Source: an uncultured archaeon (GTDB taxonomy: Archaea > Iainarchaeota > Iainarchaeia > Iainarchaeales > GCA-2688035). Taken from it: 56,198 nucleotides of DNA. The first letter of the stretch is position 1, and each line of letters starts with the position of its first letter. Under the pieces are notes generated by a model. That model was not told the DNA's origin. It worked only from the letters and a program-made list of their open reading frames with translations, and ran no database searches. The stretch spans positions 1-56,198 of the forward strand of contig CAZMUN010000003.1 in NCBI GenBank assembly GCA_964569815.1, in the 5' to 3' direction. This document shows, piece by piece, positions 44,617 through 53,147 of the stretch. The translations under genes and the position numbers were made by a program.

Positions 44617-45114
44617 CTACAAAAGGCTGCTGAAATCCTTTACAGAAGCAACCTTTTTGGTCAAATAATACCACAAGCCCAAAATCAAGCCAGCTGACAA
44701 AAACCATGTTAAGACATGGATTGCTTCACTAAATTGAATGCCAAAAGACAAGGCAGCCCAGATGACAAAATAAACCCGAACCAAGTTAAGTGGAAACAAA
44801 ACCATTGCCCCAAAAGCAAAAAGAACCGCCTTTCTCTTTAAATCAGGCTTTCGCAAAGCAAAAACTATTGCAGCCAAAACGCTTATTCCCATAAGGCCTG
44901 TGCAGTTTGCCACTATCTCAAAGCCATGGCCCTGAAACAACACCCTGTTTCCAACACTTTCCAATCCAAGGCCCTGCGCTTCAATAAAAGCAATCCATTC
45001 CTTTAGGCTCTCAATCGGCGCATTAAGAATAAGCAACTGCAAAACTGCGTAAATGGCAAAAAACTTGAGGAGAAAAAAAAGCGCTTTTCTTGAAAACTCG
45101 TTTTTCTCTTCCAT
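44617..45114 (-). CDS. Archaeosortase/exosortase-family transpeptidase, minimal 165-aa form
   Basis: Polytopic membrane protein with the family's ordered Cys-Arg-His residues: EIVANCTGLMG (C71), PLNLVRVYF (R113) and EAIHVLTW. The size resembles the small ArtE-type members. Confidence 0.7.
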   Translation of the reverse strand: MEEKNEFSRKALFFLLKFFAIYAVLQLLILNAPIESLKEWIAFIEAQGLGLESVGNRVLFQGHGFEIVANCTGLMGISVLAAIVFALRKPDLKRKAVLFAFGAMVLFPLNLVRVYFVIWAALSFGIQFSEAIHVLTWFLSAGLILGLWYYLTKKVASVKDFSSLL

Positions 45115-45115
45115 C

Positions 45116-45637
45116 TCACCACGGGTCTTTCTTCATTTTAACAAAAAAGGCAATCCAGTTCCCCAAAACATGGGCCAGCATAGTGAAAGCAAAAAGAAAA
45201 AGCATTTCCAAGGTTGAAGGGAACATCAAAAGACCCCCCAAAACAAAGCCGCCTAAAACAAAGTCAAGCTGGTCAAGCAAAAAAACGCTTTTCCCCCTCT
45301 CAATAGAAAGCCGCCTCTTAAGAAAGCTTCCTGCAAAATCTCCTAAAACCGCTCCAACGGCCAGCAAGGCGCCATAAGCCAAGTAACCTACAGACATTAT
45401 TGCATTAACCTGCGGAAAAACCAGCTGCAGAAGAAAAGCCCCCAAGACCGCGAAAAAAACCCCTGAAAAGGTTCCCCTAAAAGTTTTTCCCCGCCCCAAA
45501 ACAGGCTTTTCGTCAAAAAAATTTTTTCCAAAATCAATCGGGTGAATTCCGCCAAAAACAAGGGCAAGGCTATTGCACAAATAAAGCGGAATTGCTATCA
45601 GGCTCACTCTTATTACAAAAAAGACAAGTCCGGTCAT
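45116..45637 (-). CDS. carS: CDP-archaeol synthase
   Basis: 173 aa membrane protein. GRGKTFRGTFSG and GDFAGSFLKRRLSIERGKSVFLLDQLDFVLGG match the conserved CarS (DUF46) regions. TATA-like TTTAAATT lies about 30 nt upstream. Confidence 0.8.
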   Translation of the reverse strand: MTGLVFFVIRVSLIAIPLYLCNSLALVFGGIHPIDFGKNFFDEKPVLGRGKTFRGTFSGVFFAVLGAFLLQLVFPQVNAIMSVGYLAYGALLAVGAVLGDFAGSFLKRRLSIERGKSVFLLDQLDFVLGGFVLGGLLMFPSTLEMLFLFAFTMLAHVLGNWIAFFVKMKKDPW

Positions 45638-45696
45638 GAAACCACGATTTTTCTAATGATTTTTGCTTTAACCTAATTTAAATCTTTTCCTTTGCC

Positions 45697-46371
45697 TTAA
45701 AGAACAAAAAGCGCCCATGCCAAAACCGTTCCGCCAAAGCTTCCCAAAAAATTCACTTCGGTGTTGTTTAACATGCCCTGCCTTTCAAACAATGCTCCAA
45801 AAAAGCTGTCAACCACGGACCCAAAAAAACCGCTCAAAACCAAGACAAGGGCAAGAAAAAGGTTTCCAAAAAACGCGAAATGCAGTATGGCAATCAAGCC
45901 AGCTCCCAAAACAGATGCCGCCAAACCCAAAGCGGTTACCCCGCCGTCTGTTCCAGGCTCAACTGTTTTCAGGCTTGTTACAAGAACAGGCTTTTTTTTG
46001 GAAAGCAGTCCTATTTCGCTACTCAGCGTATCAGCCAAAGCGCTTGCAAATGCCGCAAAAAACCCTAAAGGAAAGCCGACTGCAAGGGCAAGTATCGCAG
46101 TGCCGCTGTTTCCCAAAATGTTTCCAGCAGTTCTTACCTCATGCTTTATTTTTCTCTTCCCTGAATAAATCGTTGCAATTTCTGCAGCTACAAAAAACAG
46201 GACAGTTACAAAAAAATAAACAAGATTCCATTCAGAAAAAAGAAAAATGGCTATTCCAACAATGTTTGCAATAAGAACGCCTTCAAAGTTTAGCATTTTC
46301 TTTCTGTAAGAAACCAGGCTGAAAGCAGCTAAAGTTAAAAGCAGAACTGCAACTTCAACCGGAAACGGCAT
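45697..46371 (-). CDS. DUF92/TMEM19-family integral membrane protein (VTE6 phytyl-phosphate-kinase-like)
   Basis: 224 aa polytopic protein. RTAGNILGNSGTA, ADTLSSEIG and EPGTDGGVTALG fit the DUF92 pattern. Confidence 0.7.
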   Translation of the reverse strand: MPFPVEVAVLLLTLAAFSLVSYRKKMLNFEGVLIANIVGIAIFLFSEWNLVYFFVTVLFFVAAEIATIYSGKRKIKHEVRTAGNILGNSGTAILALAVGFPLGFFAAFASALADTLSSEIGLLSKKKPVLVTSLKTVEPGTDGGVTALGLAASVLGAGLIAILHFAFFGNLFLALVLVLSGFFGSVVDSFFGALFERQGMLNNTEVNFLGSFGGTVLAWALFVL

Positions 46372-46372
46372 C

Positions 46373-46990
46373 TCAGTTACCTTCCATCAGCCTGCTTTTT
46401 ATCACTTCAACCCTTTTCAGTGGAGCGATTTTTGAGACCTGCTTGAAAAGCTTTGATGCAAGTGCCCCAAAAATAAGCTCTTGGGAGAACTGCTGAAAGC
46501 CTTTCTTTCCTGCGGCTCTTTCAATAAATTCGGACACGAATTTTCTTATGCTGCGTTCCTGCTTCCTGGTAAGCTTTCTTACTGAAAGAGCAACGGTCTT
46601 TACCCTCATTCTGGCTTTGTCCTCGGTTTCCACTGTCTGGACAACCTCAACCTTGCTTGTTCTTCTCCTCAAAAGCCTGTTCAAAAAAGAAAAGCTGACT
46701 TCATGCCCCGCGGTTTTGCAGTTTGCGTTGTTTCCTTCAACTTTTTCCACCTGGAAAACGACCTTTACGTAACGTTTTTGCCTTTGGCCTGTAAGCTGGC
46801 CCAAATCAGAAACAATTGTCCTCGACATCAGGTTCTTGGGTTTTTCTGCAACGGTTTCACCTAAAACCTTTCTGTCAAATTCAGCCGGAGCAACAAGAGT
46901 ATACCACTGTTTTCTCTTCCACTTGTCAATTGCCTTGCCTTTTTTGACAACCTTTTTTCCCGGCTTTGCAGCCTGTTTTTTTTCAGCCAT
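46373..46990 (-). CDS. rps3ae: 30S ribosomal protein eS1 (S3Ae)
   Basis: KWKRKQWYTLVAPAEFDRKVLGETVA is a typical eS1 N-terminus. ATG 46990 (MAEKKQ) is preferred over the track start 46999. Confidence 0.9.
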   Translation of the reverse strand: MAEKKQAAKPGKKVVKKGKAIDKWKRKQWYTLVAPAEFDRKVLGETVAEKPKNLMSRTIVSDLGQLTGQRQKRYVKVVFQVEKVEGNNANCKTAGHEVSFSFLNRLLRRRTSKVEVVQTVETEDKARMRVKTVALSVRKLTRKQERSIRKFVSEFIERAAGKKGFQQFSQELIFGALASKLFKQVSKIAPLKRVEVIKSRLMEGN

Positions 46991-46995
46991 AAAAA

Positions 46996-47112
46996 TCACT
47001 TCAACTTAACAACGATTGAATCAACCTTTTCAAGCAATTCCCCCAAAGCCAAATCGCCTTTCTCTTCTTCGATTCTTTCTCCGTTCCTCTCCAAAAAAAA
47101 CTCATATTTCAT
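46996..47112 (-). CDS. Possible unannotated 38-codon ORF between uS15 and eS1
   Basis: An ATG (47112) to TGA (46996-46998) frame encodes MKYEFFLERNGERIEEEKGDLALGELLEKVDSIVVKLK. It fills the gap almost exactly: 6 nt after the uS15 stop and 5 nt before the eS1 start. It is below the ORF-track cutoff and matches no family I recognise. Confidence 0.3.
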   Translation of the reverse strand: MKYEFFLERNGERIEEEKGDLALGELLEKVDSIVVKLK

Positions 47113-47118
47113 AAAAAA

Positions 47119-47757
47119 TCACTTTGCAAGCAAGGCAGCGGTCTCAGGGCTGTATCTCCAGGTCAAAGGAAGCTTTCCCTGCCTTTTGTAGTATTTCTCC
47201 AGGGCCCGAATTTTTGAAACCGTGAGCATCAAACCGCGCTTTGCACTCATATCCTTCTTGTTTTTTTCCAAGTGCTCCCGCAAGGCAACGCTTTTTCTAA
47301 TAAGGTTCATCAAGTCCTCTGGAACCTGGCCAACAAGCTTGTTTTCAGCTAAAATCCGGCCAACCTTTTTTCCAATCACCTTTGCGGTTTTTGGAATGCC
47401 GTACTGGTCGCGCAAAATCATTCCTATTTCAGAAGCAGTATGGCCCTCGTTTGCCAAATGAACTATTGCCTCTTCGACCTCTTTTGGCTTAAGCTCAACA
47501 AAATCCTTTACCGAAGCCTTTCCCCTCTTTGGCTTCTGCTTCCCTTTCTTGGCAGGCCTTTTTTCCTCTTTGGCCTGTTTCTTTTCCCTGTTTTTTTGGC
47601 TTTCCTCGGCTTCCAGGGCCTCTTTTTTGGCTTTTGGCTTTTCCTCTTTGGCCTGTTTTTCTTCAGCTTTTTCTTTTTCCTCTTTTTTGGCCTTAGGGCT
47701 AGCCTTTTCTTCTTTCTTTTCAGCCTTTTCTTCTTTCTTTTCAGCCTTTTTTGCCAT
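47119..47757 (-). CDS. rps15: 30S ribosomal protein uS15 (S15P/S13e) with a Lys/Glu-rich N-terminal extension
   Basis: The C-terminal ~146 aa are typical (HLANEGHTASEIGMILRDQYGIPK, PEDLMNLIRKSVALREHLEKNKKDMSAKRGL, LPLTWRY). The first ~66 aa are a KE-rich low-complexity stretch. GGTGA lies 7 nt upstream of the ATG. Confidence 0.9.
   Translation of the reverse strand: MAKKAEKKEEKAEKKEEKASPKAKKEEKEKAEEKQAKEEKPKAKKEALEAEESQKNREKKQAKEEKRPAKKGKQKPKRGKASVKDFVELKPKEVEEAIVHLANEGHTASEIGMILRDQYGIPKTAKVIGKKVGRILAENKLVGQVPEDLMNLIRKSVALREHLEKNKKDMSAKRGLMLTVSKIRALEKYYKRQGKLPLTWRYSPETAALLAK
47701..47742. repeat. Perfect 21-nt tandem repeat (2 copies plus a partial third) inside the uS15 5' extension
   Basis: agccttttcttctttcttttc occurs at 47701-47721 and again at 47722-47742. 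It encodes AEKKEEK twice on the minus strand. Confidence 0.9.
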
Positions 47758-47880
47758 AAAAAATCACCGCAAAAGCAATGCGGCTACCTTCCAGCCCTTT
47801 CCGGCACTGGAAAGACAAATCAAAAAATTTGTAAATAAATTCGCCATCAAAACCTTTAAAAAGCCTTCACGCAGCCCAAG

Positions 47881-48483
47881 CTAGTGGTACCTGGCCCTTT
47901 CCCTAACCTTTTCCATATGCCTTACAACTGTTTTGGAGCCGCCTTTTTCCAAATAGCCTTCCAAAACCAAGTTCCAGCCCTTTGGCATCAGCTCTACATG
48001 CGTGGCCTCAAAAGTCTTTTGGAAAACAAGCAGGTCAACGGCCTTGTCTTCCAGCCTTGCGGAACCGTAACCCAAGCCAAAGTCAATAAAATAAAGCTCT
48101 TTGCCTTTCACCAGAATGTTGCTTGTAGTAAGGTCGCCGTGAATCAGGTTAGAGGCATGCATTGCTGCAATTGCTTCTCCAACAGGCCTGCATAAGCCCA
48201 AATTCTTCTTGCTTAAAACATCCTTCAAGCGAGGGCCTTCCACAAACTCCATCAATATCTCCTTCTTTCCCCTGTCAACAGAGTAAACCGCAGGAGTCCT
48301 TACGCCCAAACCCCTTGCTTTCCTAAGCAAGCTTGCTTCACGGCTTGTCCTCGTTGCACGAAGCAAGTCGTCAAGCTGCCTGCACCTGTACTCCTTTGGA
48401 ATCCTTGCCTTAAGCAAAGCAGGCTTTCCCCCAAAAACAGTTTTGAAAAGCTTTGCTTCCGCACCCTGCCTAACCATTTCCAT
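47881..48483 (-). CDS. bud32: KEOPS-complex kinase Bud32 (Kae1-associated kinase)
   Basis: 200 aa atypical small kinase. GAEAKLF, REASLLRKARGLGVRTP, HGDLTTSNILV, FIDFGLG and EDKAVDL are all typical of Bud32. Confidence 0.85.
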   Translation of the reverse strand: MEMVRQGAEAKLFKTVFGGKPALLKARIPKEYRCRQLDDLLRATRTSREASLLRKARGLGVRTPAVYSVDRGKKEILMEFVEGPRLKDVLSKKNLGLCRPVGEAIAAMHASNLIHGDLTTSNILVKGKELYFIDFGLGYGSARLEDKAVDLLVFQKTFEATHVELMPKGWNLVLEGYLEKGGSKTVVRHMEKVRERARYH

Positions 48484-48494
48484 AAAAAACAGAC

Positions 48495-50876
48495 CTAAAA
48501 TTCCAGCTTTACTGACAGTTCTTTTCCTTTCTTAAGTTCAAGGCTTGCAATAGACATTGTCCTTTTTATCAAGCCCTCAAATCCCTTTAAATCCGCATTC
48601 AATTCAACAACGGCTTTTTTTACCGGCGTGTTCAATGGCTTTTTCTGCTGGCTTTTCTGCTTGCGCATTTCCGCTATCATCCTATTTGCATGCTCCCACC
48701 CTTTTTCAGCCTCTTCGTCAAAAAAGCTTTCGTCTGCTTCAGGCCATGACTCCAAATGAATGCTTTTCTCTTTGAGGAACTTCTTGAAGCTTGTCTGCGC
48801 TATTTCTTCTGTGGTGTGGGGAATAAATGGGGAAAGCATTAAAACCGTTTTCCAAACGGCTTCCTGCAAAACAGCTGCTGCAATTGGCCCTGTTTTGTCC
48901 TTTTCATTGTATACGCGTGTTTTAACTTCCTCTATGTAATAGTCTGCAAACTCCTGCCAGAAAAAGTTTCTCACCGGGTTCAAAACCTTGCTGAACTCGA
49001 ATTTGTCAAATGCCTCTGTTGACTCTTTTATCAAACGGTTAAGCTTGCTTAACACTGCTTTGTCCTCTGGCTGCAAGGCCTTTTTGTCAATCTTTGCAGG
49101 CTTGCTTTTTTTCAAAACCATTTCAACAAACCTTGAGGCATTGTGAAGCTTTGTAATGAATTTTTTTCCTGCAACCATTTCCTTTTCCATGAACGGCACA
49201 TCTTCTCCCAGAACAGGCAGCCCGGCCCAATACCTCAAGGCGTCAGCGCAGTACTTTTGAATCATTTCCTCCGGCCTTATCACATTCCCCAAGCTCTTTG
49301 ACATCTTTTTGCCCTTTGGGTCCAAAGCCCAGCCGTTTATCGTAATGGTTTTCCACGGCAGCTGCTTTTGGTGGAACAGGGCCTTTACAATCGTGTTGAA
49401 TGCCCACAAAGCGATTATGTCATGGCCCTGTGGCCTCAAATCCATGGGAAACATTTTCTCAAAAAACTCCCTGTCCAAAACCCATTTGCAGTTTATTTGC
49501 GGGGTCAAAGAGGAGGTAAACCAGGTATCCAACACATCCTCTTCTGGCCCAAATTCTGTGGAGCCGCACTTGCACTTGCCCTTTGGCTTGTCTTTCAAGG
49601 GGTCCACTGGCAACTCTTTTTCAGAAGCCAATTTTACTTCTCCGCATTTTTTGCAGTGCCATACAGGGAACGGAATCCCGTAATAGCGTTGCCTTGAAAT
49701 GCACCAGTCCCATTGCAGGCCTCGAATCCAGTTGTCATACCTTGCTTTCATGAAAGCCGGAACCCATTCAAGGGCCTCTGCTTTCACAATGTACTCTTCT
49801 TTCAAATCCAGGTATTTCACAAACCATTGCTTGCTTGGCAAAATCTCCATTTCGGTTTTGCAGCGCTCGTGCACATTCACGGCATGCCTTATCGGCTTCT
49901 GGCCCTTCAAAAGCCTTTCTTTCTTCAAATCCTCGATTATTGCCTTCCTTGCCTCAACCAATCCAAGGTCTTTATAGTTTCCGGCCAATTCATTCATTTT
50001 TCCGCCCCCTGTTATGGCAACCCTCAAAGGCAGGTTGTGGGCAAAGTACCATTCCATGTCTGTCTGGTCGCCGAAAGTGCAGCACATTACAATGCCTGTT
50101 CCTTTTTCAGGGTCTGCCCGCAAATCTTCTTTTACCGGAACCTCCAAATCGAACAACGGCACCTTTAGATTTTTTCCAACAAGTTGTTTGTAACGCTTGT
50201 CAGTTGGATGGACAAAAACTGCAACACATGCAGGCAAAAGCTCTGGCCTGGTTGTGGCAACGATTACCTCTTTTCCTTCCCTTGTTTTGAAAACAATGTC
50301 GTTGAAAGTGCTTTCAATCTCCCTATCCTCCAACTCGGCCTGTGCAACCGCGGTTTCGCAGCTAGGGCACCACATTGTCGGGGCCTCCTTTTGGTAAAGC
50401 CTTCCCTGCTTATGCAAGTCCAAAAAACTGTGCTGGGCGGTTTTTCTTGCCAAATCGTCAATTGTCCTGTAAAGCAAAGACCAGTCAAAGCTTATTCCAA
50501 TGCCTTCAAAGGCTGCTTTCATCTTTTTCTCTTCTTCTGCAGTTTCCTTAAGAACGAGTTCCGTAAATTCGTCCCTTGAAAAATGCTTCTGCTTTATTCC
50601 TTTCTTTTTTTCAACCATAAGGGCTGTTGCTAGTCCGTTGTTGTCAAAGCCTATTGGGTGAAAAACGTTGAAACCCCTCATTTTCTTGTATCTTGCAATA
50701 AAGTCCTGCTGGGAAAAGGCAAAGGCATGGCCCATGTGCATTGTCCCGGAAACAGTTGGCGGCGGGGTATCAATGCTGTAAACAGGTGCTTTGCTCTTTT
50801 CATCAAATTGGTATATGCCATTTTTTTGCCAGCATTTCTGCCATTTTTCCTCTTTTTTATGCAAATCCAAAGCCAT
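48495..50876 (-). CDS. valS: Valine--tRNA ligase
   Basis: Class I HIGH-type HMGHAF and KMSKS motifs. PPPTVSGTMHMGHA, TTRPELLPACVAVFVHPTDKRY and WCISRQRYYGIPFPVW are ValRS-type. 793 aa. Confidence 0.85.
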   Translation of the reverse strand: MALDLHKKEEKWQKCWQKNGIYQFDEKSKAPVYSIDTPPPTVSGTMHMGHAFAFSQQDFIARYKKMRGFNVFHPIGFDNNGLATALMVEKKKGIKQKHFSRDEFTELVLKETAEEEKKMKAAFEGIGISFDWSLLYRTIDDLARKTAQHSFLDLHKQGRLYQKEAPTMWCPSCETAVAQAELEDREIESTFNDIVFKTREGKEVIVATTRPELLPACVAVFVHPTDKRYKQLVGKNLKVPLFDLEVPVKEDLRADPEKGTGIVMCCTFGDQTDMEWYFAHNLPLRVAITGGGKMNELAGNYKDLGLVEARKAIIEDLKKERLLKGQKPIRHAVNVHERCKTEMEILPSKQWFVKYLDLKEEYIVKAEALEWVPAFMKARYDNWIRGLQWDWCISRQRYYGIPFPVWHCKKCGEVKLASEKELPVDPLKDKPKGKCKCGSTEFGPEEDVLDTWFTSSLTPQINCKWVLDREFFEKMFPMDLRPQGHDIIALWAFNTIVKALFHQKQLPWKTITINGWALDPKGKKMSKSLGNVIRPEEMIQKYCADALRYWAGLPVLGEDVPFMEKEMVAGKKFITKLHNASRFVEMVLKKSKPAKIDKKALQPEDKAVLSKLNRLIKESTEAFDKFEFSKVLNPVRNFFWQEFADYYIEEVKTRVYNEKDKTGPIAAAVLQEAVWKTVLMLSPFIPHTTEEIAQTSFKKFLKEKSIHLESWPEADESFFDEEAEKGWEHANRMIAEMRKQKSQQKKPLNTPVKKAVVELNADLKGFEGLIKRTMSIASLELKKGKELSVKLEF

Positions 50877-51254
50877 ATCTATGCACCAAACTTGTTTCCT
50901 TTAACTAAAAAAATCGAAGAAAAAGAATAAAACTCATTGCTTTTCCTTGAGAACGATAAAAGACACCTTACAAACCCATTTATGAAACTTTTTTTAAAGG
51001 CCAGCCTTTTATTCAAAGAAACCTATTTTTTGGTTGCGTAAAAAAAAAAGCTTTTTTTTCTGACCCCCGTAAAAACAGGTGGTTTTGAGAAGCTTTTTTC
51101 CTTCAAGGCCTCACATCCCTTCTAGGTTTTGCCAGACATTTCCAAACCTGCGGAACCCGCAATAAAAGCGGTTTTTGGCGAAGAAACTTTGCAGAAAAAA
51201 GGTTTCTTTGCCTTGAGCAAAGAAATAAAAGCAAGCAATGCTTACTATATTTTA

Positions 51255-51935
51255 ATGAAGAGGAAGCTTTTCAAGGCAGGCTGCCATGCGCTTGCAATCC
51301 TTGCAGTTTTGACTGCATTCCTTGCATACCCTGTTCTTCCATCCTCTGTTCCAATTCATTGGAATGCCCAAGGAATGGTTGACGGCTGCGGGCCAAAATG
51401 GGTTGGGGCCTTCCTGTTTCCAATTGTAATGGTTCTCTTCCTGTTTTTTCTTTTTCTTATTCCAAAAATAGCGGTCTTCAAAAAAAACCTGAAAGACTTT
51501 GAGGAAAGCTATTGGGCCTTGGGCTATGTGCTAGAGCTTTTCTTCCTTATCTTCTATGCCTTGACGCTTTTGCCCAACTTTGGCTATTCGTTCAACATGT
51601 CCCAGCTTTTGATGCTGCCTTTGGGAATGCTTTTCATTTCTTTGGGTATTCTAATGCCTTCCTTTAAGAGAAACTTTTTTGTTGGCATTAGAACGCCTTG
51701 GACTCTTGCAAACGACAGGGTTTGGGAGAAAACTCATCGTTTGGGCGGAAAGCTTTTTGTTTTGGCAGGCCTTGCCTCTCTGGTAAGCGTTCCTTTTTCT
51801 TCTGTTGCCATTTTCATATCCGTTTTTTCGGTTCTAGTTGCGGTTGCCATCACAATAGTTTACTCTTTTTTTGAGTTCAGGGCACAGAAAAAAGACGGCC
51901 TAAAGCCAAAAGGAAAGCGGAAAAAGAAGCGCTAG
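51255..51935 (+). CDS. DUF1648 + SdpI-family membrane protein
   Basis: ATG 51255 (MKRKLFKAG...). [18 protein letters not shown] (DUF1648-type) and [25 protein letters not shown] (SdpI/YhfL-type). The track TTG 51129 would add an unsupported soluble leader. Confidence 0.7.
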   Translation: MKRKLFKAGCHALAILAVLTAFLAYPVLPSSVPIHWNAQGMVDGCGPKWVGAFLFPIVMVLFLFFLFLIPKIAVFKKNLKDFEESYWALGYVLELFFLIFYALTLLPNFGYSFNMSQLLMLPLGMLFISLGILMPSFKRNFFVGIRTPWTLANDRVWEKTHRLGGKLFVLAGLASLVSVPFSSVAIFISVFSVLVAVAITIVYSFFEFRAQKKDGLKPKGKRKKKR

Positions 51936-53074
51936 CTGAACTTTTTTTTGACGCTTTCAAAAAAGCTTTTTCTTTTCTTTTTGAGCTTTTCCTCTTTTGC
52001 AAGCTCTTCAAAAACCTGCTTCTGCTTTTTGCCAAGCTTTTCAGGGGTTTGCACAATGACTTTTACATACTGGTCGCCAAAGCTTTCTTCCCTTAAATCC
52101 TTTATGCCTTTTCCCTTTAGCCTGAACAGGGTTCCTGTCTGGGTTCCTGGAGGGACCTTTAACGAGGCTTTGCCCTTCAAAGTCGGGACATCTATTTTGG
52201 TTCCAAGGGCTGCCTCTGCAAAGCTTATTGGGACCTCGCAAAAAATGTCTGAGCCGTCCCTTTTGAAGACCTCGTGAGGCTCAACAAACACGATAACCAC
52301 AAAAAGGTCGCCTGCTGAACCGCCGTTTATTCCTGCATTTCCCTGGCCTTCCAGCCTTAAGTGGTCTCCGGCATCTATTCCGGCGGGAATCTTTACCTTT
52401 ACCTTTCTTACTGCCCTTACCCTGCCCTTTCCATTGCATTCATTGCAGGCTTTTTTCCATGTTTTTCCCAAACCAGCGCATTTTGGGCAGGGCCTTTGCG
52501 TTGAAAACATTCCAAAAGGGGTTTTCTTTGTTTGCCTTAAAACTCCTGAGCCATGGCACTGGCTGCATGTCTCCTCTTCAAAGCCGCCTTTTCCTCTGCA
52601 TTTTTTGCATGCTTCCACCCGAGAAATGGAAATGCTTTTTTCTGTTCCAAAAGCGGTTTCTTCAAAGCTGAGGCTTATGTCTGCACGCAGGTTAGCGCCT
52701 TTTGCAGGCCCTGATGTTGAGCGGCCTCCAAAGGCTTCCCTGAAAATGTCGTTTATTCCGGAGCCAAATCCAAAGCCCCCGAAAATGTCCCCAAAATCGA
52801 AGTCGAAATCGCGGGCATTGAAGCCGCGGAATCCTTGAAAGCCCTGAAAGCCTTGGGCTGCATGCCCAAACTGGTCATAGTTCTGCTTTTTCTGCGGGTC
52901 TGACAAAACCTGGTAGGCTTCAAGTATTTCCTTAAACCGGTCTTCTGCGCCTTCTTCTTTGTTCAGGTCAGGGTGGTATTTTTTGGCAAGGCTTTTGTAG
53001 GCCTTTTTTGCCTCTTCAATGGAAGCGCCTTTCTTTAGGCCCAAAATTTCATAGTAATCGCGCTTCTCTGCCAT
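51932..53074 (-). CDS. dnaJ: Chaperone DnaJ
   Basis: J domain (DYYEILG ... KYHPDLN), a Gly/Phe-rich linker, and four CxxCxGxG motifs ([32 protein letters not shown]). Confidence 0.95.
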   Translation of the reverse strand: MAEKRDYYEILGLKKGASIEEAKKAYKSLAKKYHPDLNKEEGAEDRFKEILEAYQVLSDPQKKQNYDQFGHAAQGFQGFQGFRGFNARDFDFDFGDIFGGFGFGSGINDIFREAFGGRSTSGPAKGANLRADISLSFEETAFGTEKSISISRVEACKKCRGKGGFEEETCSQCHGSGVLRQTKKTPFGMFSTQRPCPKCAGLGKTWKKACNECNGKGRVRAVRKVKVKIPAGIDAGDHLRLEGQGNAGINGGSAGDLFVVIVFVEPHEVFKRDGSDIFCEVPISFAEAALGTKIDVPTLKGKASLKVPPGTQTGTLFRLKGKGIKDLREESFGDQYVKVIVQTPEKLGKKQKQVFEELAKEEKLKKKRKSFFESVKKKFS

Positions 53075-53147
53075 GGCAACCAGTTAAATAATTTGAAAAA
53101 AGAAATTAAAAATGCAGGCTTTTTTTTTGGCCTGCTTTTTATGCAGC

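Noticed and set aside
45717-46274. 185-aa and 135-aa + strand ORFs opposite the DUF92 gene
   Set aside because: They are shadow ORFs of a membrane-protein gene and would encode Lys/Gln/Pro-rich products. The minus-strand frame has recognisable DUF92 motifs.
47440-47884. 132-aa and 111-aa + strand Phe/Leu/Ser-rich ORFs
   Set aside because: They are the antisense image of the Lys/Glu-rich uS15 extension (AAG/GAA repeats read as CTT/TTC), not genes.
51042-51059. A8-GC-T8 palindrome considered as an intrinsic or bidirectional terminator
   Set aside because: The flanking genes are transcribed away from it, so no transcript needs terminating here. The stem would be almost pure A:T.
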